DNA of 64,000 nt from a virus (IMGVR_UViG_3300042402_001861:64001-128000); one strand, 5' to 3'. Shown: positions 47,341 to 56,100, counted from the stretch's first letter. Program-made: numbers and translations. The notes: generated by a model not told the origin, from the letters alone.

Positions 47341-47460
47341 CCAAACCACTTACGGCTTCCCCAAAACACTTACCTAGCCGCCCCCTCTCCCCAAACCACT
47401 TATTCCGATCTCTCATTCCAATCTGTCCTTCCCATACGGCCAGATTTCCCCCAAACTGTC
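47341..47460 (+). repeat. Phased direct repeats CCAAA(C/A)CACTTA in a C/T-rich non-coding tract
   Basis: Copies start at 47341, 47361, 47391, partial at 47451. Confidence 0.75.
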
Positions 47461-47655
47461 CTTCTCAGACGGCCACTTTTGAAACCTTCGTGAAATCAAA
47501 TTCCCAAAATTTGCAAAAATCCCTTGGTACATTTTTGGCCAAAACAGGTCGCACTCCCCTCACCACATATCCCTCTCTCCTTCACCCCTTTCCTAAATAT
47601 CCCTTGTCATGTTGCGTCTGCATTCTCTGCATCCCCATCTTCCCTGCACAGCCCC

Positions 47656-48618
47656 ATGAGAAGTTTCTACGATTTCTCAAAGTCTGTCCCTGTCACTCCT
47701 GTCACTCCTGTCAATTTGAAACTTGACGAGGCGAGCAGGGTGAAGTCTTCAGAGGACTTGCAGAAATTGGCAAAGAAGATTCGTCCCATCACCGTATGCG
47801 ACATCTTCTCTGATTCCACTCCCAAGCGTCTGTATGAATTGATGGACGAGAATCTTTGGCATCAGACACTTGTTTCAAATGGCATCATCTCAAGCAGGGG
47901 GTATTCCTACGATTATGATGCTCCTGCATGGATGGAAAGGCTCAAGCGTGACATCTGGTCACCCTTTGTTGAATGGTTCGAAGCCGAGGGTGGTTCCAAG
48001 CAGGGGATGATTCCCAAGATCGCGGCGATGGCCTCATGCAGGAAGAGGGCAGCATGGGCGAACTGGTCGGGAACCGCCTATCGCGGACTCAGCCGAAGCC
48101 TTGCACGGATCGCCAAGTACGAGTACACCAGCAAGACCGAGGCTGTCGGTGGCAGGACATGGCTTGTGGCAAGTGTCTCCTATCAGAGCAAGTATGCCAT
48201 TCAGTCATGGACGAGTGAACCTAAGGTTGCCAAGAACTTTGCCGATGGCGGCATGGATGTTGCCGTGATGTTGCAGATGGACATAAAAAAAGGCGAGGGG
48301 TTCCTGTCGCCCGAGGTGAGCAACAGATTGGGCAAGCACTACAAGGAGAGCGAGGTGCTGCGAATCGGCAACGCCAAGACGAGGGTGAAGGCTCTGGTTG
48401 ACATGAGAGACTTGCTGAACGAACTTGACGAGATCCTTGGTGTCATGCGTCTTCCCGCATCATGGGATACGATGCCCACGAAGATGCGTAAGCAGGCATG
48501 GCCCGAGGCCGTGGCGGCGAAGATGATTCGACTTGGATTCTCAAAGTCCTCTGTCGCAAGCCTCATGTCTTCGGGGCATCCATTTTACGCATCGGTGATG
48601 AAGAGGGTGCCATGGTAA
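47656..48618 (+). CDS. ADP-ribosyltransferase-like protein with IPI-like leader
   Basis: AYRG, QSWTS, ESE in R-S-E order; TAAATA 47594-47599. Confidence 0.65.
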   Translation: MRSFYDFSKSVPVTPVTPVNLKLDEASRVKSSEDLQKLAKKIRPITVCDIFSDSTPKRLYELMDENLWHQTLVSNGIISSRGYSYDYDAPAWMERLKRDIWSPFVEWFEAEGGSKQGMIPKIAAMASCRKRAAWANWSGTAYRGLSRSLARIAKYEYTSKTEAVGGRTWLVASVSYQSKYAIQSWTSEPKVAKNFADGGMDVAVMLQMDIKKGEGFLSPEVSNRLGKHYKESEVLRIGNAKTRVKALVDMRDLLNELDEILGVMRLPASWDTMPTKMRKQAWPEAVAAKMIRLGFSKSSVASLMSSGHPFYASVMKRVPW

Positions 48619-48917
48619 ACTTCAAGTCATACATCAGCGAGGCAAAGGTCAGGATGTCGTGGAAGCGATATGTCATGAAGACTGTTGATGGAAAGATTGC
48701 AGATTGGATAGAGGCTGCTTACGAAAGCAGCAACAAACGATTTGTCATCAAGAAGCACAGACGAAGTTCGACATATGAACTGTTTGACAGACGGCATCCG
48801 AGGACATCTTTTGGATCATATGAAACCCTTGATGCGGCAAAGGAGAGTGCAGAGTGGGCATTGCTGAACGATCCACGGACAGAGTGGCATCCTTCTCTGC
48901 GTGAGGGCACGGCATGA
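48612..48917 (+). CDS. Small basic protein with internal-protein-type leader
   Basis: MVNFKSYISE-A; coupled. Confidence 0.7.
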   Translation: MVNFKSYISEAKVRMSWKRYVMKTVDGKIADWIEAAYESSNKRFVIKKHRRSSTYELFDRRHPRTSFGSYETLDAAKESAEWALLNDPRTEWHPSLREGTA

Positions 48918-49654
48918 AGTCTTTCCGTGGCCACATCACCGAGGTGTTCGACACGACACACTCATGGGAGCCTGTGTCCACGGGAGGCAACCATTGGGTC
49001 TATCGCTTTGCCTTGGCAAAGGTTCGCCGTGGTTTGTTCCTTCCTGCTCCCCTGCGTGGCGAGGAGATCGTCAAGTTCTACGAAAAGCAGGGAATGAGAA
49101 TCACGGGCAAGGATGGGCAGAACCGTCCCTTGGTAAACGGCAAGGACATTGCAAGCACTCCTCTTGCGGGTGCGATGTACGAGGTTGGCTTTCGTTCATT
49201 GGGACACAACATGGAGAAGTATTCCGAGTTGTTCAAGCGTTCCAACCTTGGCGGCAACGACAAGTATCTCCTGTGGGAAATAGACTTTGCACGAAACGAT
49301 TCGATGCTCAAGTGGTCAAACGGAAACTGGCAATGGGACTATGAATCGAATTCAGGGGGTTCTGACGAGGATCTTGGAATCATGGGAGGCGGCGATGCTG
49401 CTGCCATACTGTCCACGGTGGTCGCCATCGCCAAGGAATTCGTCGCCAAGGTCAAGCCCATGGGAATTCTCCTTGGCACGAAGATGGACGCAAAGGGAGC
49501 AAGGAGCCGAATCTATGCTGGCCTTGCAAGCAGAAACAATGCACGGATGATTCCCATTCCCTACTCGCCAAGGTCAGGCATGGGCAATGCGAACATGCTG
49601 TGGTTTGGCAAGGACAAGGACTTCCAGCCCGTCAGCAAGGAAGGCAAGCCATGA
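48914..49654 (+). CDS. Hypothetical protein with internal-protein-type leader, possible Alt-N-like domain
   Basis: MKSFRGHITE-VFD; GDAAAILSTVVAIAKEF...SRIY; ATGA coupling. Confidence 0.65.
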   Translation: MKSFRGHITEVFDTTHSWEPVSTGGNHWVYRFALAKVRRGLFLPAPLRGEEIVKFYEKQGMRITGKDGQNRPLVNGKDIASTPLAGAMYEVGFRSLGHNMEKYSELFKRSNLGGNDKYLLWEIDFARNDSMLKWSNGNWQWDYESNSGGSDEDLGIMGGGDAAAILSTVVAIAKEFVAKVKPMGILLGTKMDAKGARSRIYAGLASRNNARMIPIPYSPRSGMGNANMLWFGKDKDFQPVSKEGKP

Positions 49655-50298
49655 AGTCATTCATCGCATTCATCAGCGAGGCACAGTCCTTCGCACAATG
49701 GGTTGCACGGAATGCCGAGAAGCGCAAGGCACCCGCATCGGGTTCTCCCCGCAGTTCCTTCCCGTGGATGCAGAATGCCAACATGGTTCCCGGTTGGTGG
49801 CATCCGACCAAGCAATGGTTCACTTTCGCCCACGGCAAGCAGGGCTACCATGTCACGCATCTTGTGAACAACCTCTCAAAGTTCGGCATTTCCGAAAAGG
49901 AGTTGATGGCTGCTGCGGCGAAGGAAGCGCAGAGGCCATATTGGGACAACGAATTGAGAAAGCAACGGGGACACAATCTTGTCGATGCCGAGCGGGTGAT
50001 CCACATGATCAAGAACGAGAACATCGACAACTCCTATCCGATCATGGCACTAGCCTACAAGCGTGGATGGCTCAAGGCATACGGCGGGAAGTTCCACACC
50101 GGCGACCGTGGCGGCGCAATCGAAGGTTCCGACAAGAAGAGCATCAAGGCCGCGATCCGCGAGATAGAGCAGGCGGCATCCATGGCAGGAATCGATGACA
50201 TCCGTATCGATGCAACGGAGCGGTCAAACACCACATACGAGCCAAAGTTCTTCGTTCTGGATTCAAAGTTCAAGCGTGATGGATACATGAGGCAATGA
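49651..50298 (+). CDS. Hypothetical protein with internal-protein-type leader
   Basis: MKSFIAFISE-A; ATGA coupling. Confidence 0.7.
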   Translation: MKSFIAFISEAQSFAQWVARNAEKRKAPASGSPRSSFPWMQNANMVPGWWHPTKQWFTFAHGKQGYHVTHLVNNLSKFGISEKELMAAAAKEAQRPYWDNELRKQRGHNLVDAERVIHMIKNENIDNSYPIMALAYKRGWLKAYGGKFHTGDRGGAIEGSDKKSIKAAIREIEQAASMAGIDDIRIDATERSNTTYEPKFFVLDSKFKRDGYMRQ

Positions 50299-50299
50299 C

Positions 50300-50773
50300 A
50301 TGAGCAACCACTTTTCACAACTTCGTTTCTCTCCCGTCAGCAAGAGGAAGGTTCTGTATTCCTTCTATGACCTGACCATCCGCCCGATGCGGACCATGCC
50401 GCCATTCTCCTACGGTGTCAACAACATCGAAGGGCTCCGTGTCGTTACGATGACACCCGATGGCAAGGAGACTTCCAACACAGCATCCAAGGGAGACATC
50501 ATCATGAGCGGGGTAAGCCGCGAGAAGTATGTCATCCGTGGGGCGAAGTTCGGGAAGTTGTATGTGGGCACCATCGGTTCCACCGTATATCCCGAGCAGT
50601 CACCGAGGATGGTCGCAAGGTATGACGGTCCCAATGTCACATTCAAGGCTCCGTGGGGCGAGGACATGGTTGCCAAGAAGGGCGACTACATCGTCCGCGA
50701 GGGCGATGGTGCAGGATTCTACCGTGTGGCCAAGGCCGAATTCGAGAAGACCTACAACCCTCTGCCGAAATAA
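50300..50773 (+). CDS. PGDYG-family-like protein
   Basis: KGDIIMSG...EKY, APWGEDM..KKGDYIV...FEKTY. Confidence 0.7.
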   Translation: MSNHFSQLRFSPVSKRKVLYSFYDLTIRPMRTMPPFSYGVNNIEGLRVVTMTPDGKETSNTASKGDIIMSGVSREKYVIRGAKFGKLYVGTIGSTVYPEQSPRMVARYDGPNVTFKAPWGEDMVAKKGDYIVREGDGAGFYRVAKAEFEKTYNPLPK

Positions 50774-50794
50774 ATACAAAAACAGGAGAACGCC

Positions 50795-51271
50795 ATGGGA
50801 TTCAACGACAACTGGGACGGAGTGAAGCGCATCGACCTCAACGAAAAGTTGATCGGCAAGCAGCACAAACTTGACTTCAACAAGGACGGCAAGTTGACCA
50901 AGACCGACTTCGACATCCTCAAGGGAATCCGCAAGGATGCCGAGAAGAAGAAGGACAAGAAGGAGTCCGTCGAAGAAGTCGATGAGGCCACGAATCAGGC
51001 ACCGAGACTGCCGCACTTCACCGACCTGAAGGACTTCGCTGCCAATGTCCGAAAGACAGCAATGACAGTCAAGTCTTCGGACATGCAGAACTATCTCCTG
51101 CAAGTCTCGGGTTCACTTGCTCATGCCGGTCAGCAGCAGGCATATTTCTTTGAAGGACTCATCAGTTCCCTTACGGACATTCACCGCAAGACCATGAGTC
51201 CTTCCAAGCACGGCAACATGGAAATACTGAAAGACCTTGAGATGGTGATCAAGGAACTCAAGAAGTATTGA
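50795..51271 (+). CDS. Hypothetical late protein with EF-hand-like loop
   Basis: LDFNKDGKLTKTDF; internal KKESVEEVDE-A; TAAATA 50771-50776. Confidence 0.7.
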   Translation: MGFNDNWDGVKRIDLNEKLIGKQHKLDFNKDGKLTKTDFDILKGIRKDAEKKKDKKESVEEVDEATNQAPRLPHFTDLKDFAANVRKTAMTVKSSDMQNYLLQVSGSLAHAGQQQAYFFEGLISSLTDIHRKTMSPSKHGNMEILKDLEMVIKELKKY

Positions 51272-51356
51272 AATAGGCATTCGTGGGGTTGCGACATTTG
51301 ACTTGCATTCGGCGGTTCATGCTGTATACTTGTCGCAACCATCAAGGACAAACACC

Positions 51357-51539
51357 ATGCAGAAAGCGGAAAATACGATTCAGCGGCTCCTTGCCCTGCG
51401 AGACAAGTACGAGTACAACGACGATATTCGTGATGTGTGCAATCTCGCGATTTCTCAACTTCAGATGTTCGTCAAGGAAGATCGAAACACGATTGATCGT
51501 TTCTTCTTCCGTGGATGGGGAAAGGGAAAGGACGAGTGA
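51357..51539 (+). CDS. Hypothetical protein
   Basis: Upstream TTGCAT-16-TATACT promoter and SD aagga. Confidence 0.6.
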   Translation: MQKAENTIQRLLALRDKYEYNDDIRDVCNLAISQLQMFVKEDRNTIDRFFFRGWGKGKDE

Positions 51540-51793
51540 TGATGGATATTGCAAGATATCGCTTCCTGTCCAATGGGACGGGACCGTGTGTGAGGCTGAC
51601 GAGGGAAGAGCAAGAGCAGGGATGGCATTGGTGTTGGGAGTGGGATGACATGCTTGTCGGTCCCCACATGGCCGAGGCTTTCTCATGCACCTGTGGCGTG
51701 AAGAATCTTGAGGAGTGGAAGAACTCCCCCGAGGGAAAGAAGTTCGAAGAGGAACAGTTCAAGTGCGAACCCTTGGACGGTGGAACTTTCTGA
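51539..51793 (+). CDS. Hypothetical protein
   Basis: TGATG coupling; Trp/Cys-rich. Confidence 0.55.
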   Translation: MMDIARYRFLSNGTGPCVRLTREEQEQGWHWCWEWDDMLVGPHMAEAFSCTCGVKNLEEWKNSPEGKKFEEEQFKCEPLDGGTF

Positions 51794-52004
51794 TTTCCTA
51801 AACACTTGGGTGAAAGAACCCGAGCGAAGAAACATCCGCACCGTAAACTTCAAGATCGAAGGCGGTATCTCTGCAACTCTCGCAAGCAACATGATGATCC
51901 GTGAGAGCAACCGTGCCAAGGCTGAGGGATGGGAACAGGTATTGCTTGAAGTCCACACCAAGAACAACACATTTCAGTTGACCCTGACGGGCATCAAGTA
52001 CTGA
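51780..52004 (+). CDS. Hypothetical protein
   Basis: GTG start inferred; overlap coupling. Confidence 0.45.
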   Translation: MELSDFLNTWVKEPERRNIRTVNFKIEGGISATLASNMMIRESNRAKAEGWEQVLLEVHTKNNTFQLTLTGIKY

Positions 52005-53282
52005 TTACTTGACGCAGCCCCAGAAAAGGTCTGCGCCAGCCTTGCTTGTTATGTCTATGCCCTTTTTGGCGGTAGTCTTTGACTTCGAACCCTCAACACG
52101 GGGAGCGATGGCAAAGGTCACTCTTGCCTTCTTGCTCTCTATTGTGCAAGACACATCAAATACGGACATTGATCTAGCCTGACGGTTTATGTCGGTTGCC
52201 TTTGTCGGAGTTGAGTGTACTTGTGTTATCTTTCCGATTTCTAGGTTTCCTGATGTTGCAGGGAACGGTTTCATGCTATAGATGTACTGTTGACCGTTCA
52301 CCTTGATCGTCTTGCTTGATGTGTTGAAGTCCACGGCTCCTGTCTTGGCAAGATTCGACAGGACTTTCTCTTCCATGTAGACGGGCTTCCCTACCTTTAT
52401 ATCGTTTATGGATGCCGCTTGGATTCTTATCCTTCTTTTCAGGGCAACCGTGGTTTCGCTCAATGATCCTCGCTTGAGGCGAACCTCCATCTCTCTCGCA
52501 GAATCATCCATCTTGTCAAGTGAGGAAATCGATGGGACTGTTCCGCCAACAAACCACGAAGGAAGTTTGGCACCAGAGTAAAGAAGCCCGATGTTTTCAA
52601 TATAGACAAAGTGGTCACCGCCATTCTTTGCAAGACCTTGCAAAGTTGCCCAGTAACTGTCTAGGGTGATTCTCCACTTTTCGCCGCTTTCCTGTGTCGT
52701 GTACTTCTTCAGTATTGGATTCCATATTTCCTTTGTGACCCAGAAGTGTATGTTTCCCGAGATAGTGGATTGATCGTTCATCCACTTTCCGATAGTCGGC
52801 AACATGACATCAAGTCTGGCTTCCACGGTTGTCAACTTCTTGAGTACCGACTTTCGGTTTATCTCACTCATGGAGTTCCACTTGCCAAGGGACACCTCTG
52901 TGGGGCTCCACTTCTTGTTGTTTCGATTGAGAGTGATGCTGACTCCCTGTGCTTCTTCTTTCTTCACTTCGATCACGATAGGATCGCTGAGTCTCTTTCC
53001 GTTCTTGTCTAGTTTGTAGATTGTAATGTCAGGCTGTACAGAACCAATTCCCTTGTCTCCTCCACCTTGAGAGAAATTGCTTACGACCTCTATCTTTCCC
53101 TGAAGATGCGAAGGCATTTCCTTGAGAAGTGCCTTGGCTATTTTGTTCTGCAACACACCGCCAGCCTGCCCACGAATCGACTTCTGCGGAGCCTTGGCTT
53201 CGAGGAACATACGGGCAGCAGGGGACAGCAGAGGAGAACTCTCGTCCAGATGGATGAACTGTTTTAGGGTTAGTGGCTTCAT
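52005..53282 (-). CDS. PD-(D/E)xK nuclease-like protein with internal-protein-type leader
   Basis: QPDITIY...IVIEVKK; MKPLTLKQFIHLDE; TAAATA 53289-53294. Confidence 0.65.
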   Translation of the reverse strand: MKPLTLKQFIHLDESSPLLSPAARMFLEAKAPQKSIRGQAGGVLQNKIAKALLKEMPSHLQGKIEVVSNFSQGGGDKGIGSVQPDITIYKLDKNGKRLSDPIVIEVKKEEAQGVSITLNRNNKKWSPTEVSLGKWNSMSEINRKSVLKKLTTVEARLDVMLPTIGKWMNDQSTISGNIHFWVTKEIWNPILKKYTTQESGEKWRITLDSYWATLQGLAKNGGDHFVYIENIGLLYSGAKLPSWFVGGTVPSISSLDKMDDSAREMEVRLKRGSLSETTVALKRRIRIQAASINDIKVGKPVYMEEKVLSNLAKTGAVDFNTSSKTIKVNGQQYIYSMKPFPATSGNLEIGKITQVHSTPTKATDINRQARSMSVFDVSCTIESKKARVTFAIAPRVEGSKSKTTAKKGIDITSKAGADLFWGCVK

Positions 53283-53320
53283 GCTCGGTATTTATCTAAA
53301 TAAAAACCGAGGATACCCCC

Positions 53321-53578
53321 ATGAAGAGTTTCAAGAAACTTAAGGAAGAGTTGGCAGGCCGTGTTCAGGTTCACTACGGATCGAAGGACGGCTTTGGTAA
53401 GGATGTCAAGATCATCGCCACGGTTCCCCCGATGACTGAACCTGCCATCGAAAACAAGTACGACCTCATGCGAAAAATTGAAAAGTACATCAAAGACATG
53501 AAGACAAAGGGGTTGATCAAGGGGAATGGCTACAAAATCGTATACCCACATGACCCACAATGGCGTGGGAGTAAGTGA
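53321..53578 (+). CDS. Small basic protein with internal-protein-type leader
   Basis: MKSFKKLKEE; TAAATA 53297-53302; SD gagga. Confidence 0.7.
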   Translation: MKSFKKLKEELAGRVQVHYGSKDGFGKDVKIIATVPPMTEPAIENKYDLMRKIEKYIKDMKTKGLIKGNGYKIVYPHDPQWRGSK

Positions 53579-53584
53579 GCAAAC

Positions 53585-53752
53585 ATGGGAAGAGAGCGTA
53601 AGGGAAAGATGGACAAGGGGGGCAAGAAGCCCGGACTTTCGTTGCAGGGACTGCCGAAGATTTATCCACCCAATGGTCAACCCATAAGCAAGGAACTTCG
53701 TGCTTGGGCAGAGCGGAAGATTGCCGCCAACAAGGCAGCAGGCAAGCGTTAA
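53585..53752 (+). CDS. 55-aa basic protein (not in ORF track)
   Basis: MGRERKGKMDKGGKKPGLSLQGLPKIYPPNGQPISKELRAWAERKIAANKAAGKR. Confidence 0.55.
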   Translation: MGRERKGKMDKGGKKPGLSLQGLPKIYPPNGQPISKELRAWAERKIAANKAAGKR

Positions 53753-54078
53753 CGGTAGCGGACGATCAGGGTCTTCTGCCAGATCGACCAAGTGACCTTC
53801 TCGTCATCGCCAACGATGTCCGAGAGAAGTTGCTCCACTTTTTGCCGAGCAGACTTGCGTAGTTCTGAATCGTCCTGCCGTTGCGAGTCACCAATTGGAA
53901 TCTGTCCGTTGAGTCCCTGTATCAGGTTGAAGTCGGGTGCATTCCTGAATTCAGGTATCTCCATCATTAGCCAACTAATGTCATAGGTCTTGATGACATC
54001 GGGACACATGAGCATCAGGCTCGTAAGCAGGACGGGAAGAATCTGCATCAGTATTGCTCCGAATAGGGCTTGGCCCAT
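53749..54078 (-). CDS. Hypothetical protein, possible signal peptide
   Basis: Hydrophobic N-terminus. Confidence 0.55.
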   Translation of the reverse strand: MGQALFGAILMQILPVLLTSLMLMCPDVIKTYDISWLMMEIPEFRNAPDFNLIQGLNGQIPIGDSQRQDDSELRKSARQKVEQLLSDIVGDDEKVTWSIWQKTLIVRYR

Positions 54079-54323
54079 GACAGGGCGATGATGTCCTCTA
54101 TGCCTAGAGGATTTGCGATCCTACGCAGCACACCCTTTTCCGTGGATGTTGGCTCTCCCGGCGTACCATTACGCATGGCACGGACGCACTTTTCAAGTGT
54201 TGCCTCGTCCAAGGATTTCAAAATTTCAAGGTATTCCTCGGGAATCGAAGCGGATTCGGGGACAGCCTCGTAGGCAATTTCAATCGGAGGCATTGAGATG
54301 TTTCCGTATCGGAATCTTGGCAT
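54048..54323 (-). CDS. Hypothetical protein
   Basis: SD gaggag; TAGATA 54338-54343. Confidence 0.6.
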   Translation of the reverse strand: MPRFRYGNISMPPIEIAYEAVPESASIPEEYLEILKSLDEATLEKCVRAMRNGTPGEPTSTEKGVLRRIANPLGIEDIIALSWAKPYSEQY

Positions 54324-54389
54324 GGAAGTCTCCTCTGTATCTATGGGGGCAGGCGAATTTGAGGAATAGATACAGTAGAGGAATTCCCC

Positions 54390-54860
54390 ATGGCATATGC
54401 ACACAAGTTGGCAGAACTAGCCAACCAAATCACTAATCTCACCGAGGCTCCGATGCTTGCTCCAAGCACGGACACCGGCATGTTCGGCTACAGCAAGTCG
54501 CAGTTTGAGATGAAGATTCGCCAACTGCTTCAGAGAATGGGATTTGAGAAGGGCATCAACAAGATGGAGATCGGCTCCAACGGTAAGATGATGCTCCACT
54601 TCGCCAATGCAGCGAAGGCACGGGACTTCATGATCACATTCAACGGCATGGTTCGTCGCATGGCCAAGGGCGGTGCCACGGCTGCACAGATGGTGACTTC
54701 CTTCGACAAGAACAAGTCTCCCGGCACGGCTGCCGTTGTATCCGTTGACTTCTCCGTGATGATGAAGAAGGAAGGTGTCGAGGTCACCGAGGACATCTTC
54801 GTGATGCTCGAAAGCCTGCACGATTCGTTCATCAAGGAACAAACTTCTACGGAAGAATAA
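54390..54860 (+). CDS. Hypothetical late protein
   Basis: SD gagga; TAGATA 54367-54372; NLTE-A putative gp21 site. Confidence 0.7.
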   Translation: MAYAHKLAELANQITNLTEAPMLAPSTDTGMFGYSKSQFEMKIRQLLQRMGFEKGINKMEIGSNGKMMLHFANAAKARDFMITFNGMVRRMAKGGATAAQMVTSFDKNKSPGTAAVVSVDFSVMMKKEGVEVTEDIFVMLESLHDSFIKEQTSTEE

Positions 54861-55174
54861 TGCACTATCGTGACTTGAAGAAAAAGTTGGAAGAGGAGAT
54901 TGCCAACACCACGGCGATCATCAATTATCCCGCAGGGTTCCAAGTAGACACGGTTCCATCTGACTTCGATGTCGAAGACTTTCCCGAGGATGATGAGTGG
55001 AGCAGAGACAGAAAAGACCTTGGCGACAAGTGGGAAGTTGCAAATGCAGCGGCAGCACGGGAACGCCGTGAGACTGTACTTCGCTGGCTTAAAGCCGCCT
55101 CTGGCAATCAGTTAAATGCGGTTGACAACAAGAGCCTCCCCAAGGTTCCCGGTTGGCAATCCGAGAAGTATTAA
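54860..55174 (+). CDS. Hypothetical protein
   Basis: TAATG coupling; MHYRDLKKKLEEE. Confidence 0.65.
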   Translation: MHYRDLKKKLEEEIANTTAIINYPAGFQVDTVPSDFDVEDFPEDDEWSRDRKDLGDKWEVANAAAARERRETVLRWLKAASGNQLNAVDNKSLPKVPGWQSEKY

Positions 55175-55262
55175 ACTTGACACGAATTGTGGGGTGAATG
55201 TAGACTCCCTCCCTATACATACCTATCCCTATCCATTGTGGGTCGGGAGTTACAAAGGAGAA

Positions 55263-56033
55263 ATGATGAAGAAAGTAATTACCTACGCTGCGGCTATGGT
55301 TGCCGCTCTTTCCTTCGGCCACATGGCTGCTGCTCAGGAGGCTGCTGCTCCTGCCGCTGCTCCGGTGTTCGAAGTCAAGAATTGGTACTTCCGCGAGAGC
55401 ATCGATGTGAATGCCCTCAAGGATAACGGCGGCACCTTCGTTGGACTGAACCAGACCCTAGGATTCGACATCATGAAGGATGTGACTGTCGATTTCAATG
55501 TTCCCGTGTATGCACAGAATGGCTACACCTCGGTGGCCAACCTCATGCTCGGTGCAAATTGGGCTGCGTTCAAGGGCAACAACAGCGTCCTTGGTGACTG
55601 GATGCTGAACTTCGGTGGCGGTTTCTACATTCCCGTTGGTACGGAATACTTCCGCAATGCGAATGTGAACCCGTTCGTGAACACCAAGTTCGGCTTCGAT
55701 CTGTGGAAGTTCGACTTCGCACAGACCGTTGACTACCGCTTCAACGGTGGAGAGTCCTACATCACTTGGCTCGGAGCCAAGACCGATTCGGATGTCCTCA
55801 CCCTTGTGTCGGATCTGTCCTATGCTTGGAACGCTTGGAACTTCGGCCTACAGTTTGACCAGTTGTACTATGTCAACAGCGGCGAGTACCAGTTGTTCCT
55901 TGGTCCGGTTGCTTCGTGGGAGGTTGCTTCGAATGTTTCGTTCGACGCTGCCATCCTCATCCCTGTTGCACAACAGGTCACTAGCGCCGAGTCCAATGCC
56001 TTCGTGAAGGCTGGCATCGAAGTCAAGTTCTGA
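55263..56033 (+). CDS. Outer-membrane beta-barrel-like protein with signal peptide
   Basis: MKKVITYAAAMVAALSFGHMAAA signal, amphipathic aromatic strands, terminal GIEVKF. Confidence 0.75.
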   Translation: MMKKVITYAAAMVAALSFGHMAAAQEAAAPAAAPVFEVKNWYFRESIDVNALKDNGGTFVGLNQTLGFDIMKDVTVDFNVPVYAQNGYTSVANLMLGANWAAFKGNNSVLGDWMLNFGGGFYIPVGTEYFRNANVNPFVNTKFGFDLWKFDFAQTVDYRFNGGESYITWLGAKTDSDVLTLVSDLSYAWNAWNFGLQFDQLYYVNSGEYQLFLGPVASWEVASNVSFDAAILIPVAQQVTSAESNAFVKAGIEVKF

Positions 56034-56057
56034 TTTCAAATTTCTGCTACTTCAACG

Positions 56058-56087
56058 GCAGGGAGTCGAAAGACTCCCTGCTGTTTT
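56058..56087 (+). terminator. Intrinsic terminator
   Basis: gcagggagtc-gaaa-gactccctgc-tgtttt. Confidence 0.85.
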
Positions 56088-56100
56088 CCTAAATATCCAT

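Noticed and set aside
47341-47460. Possible CRISPR array
   Set aside because: Repeats are 12 bp with 8-18 bp uneven spacers and no cas genes
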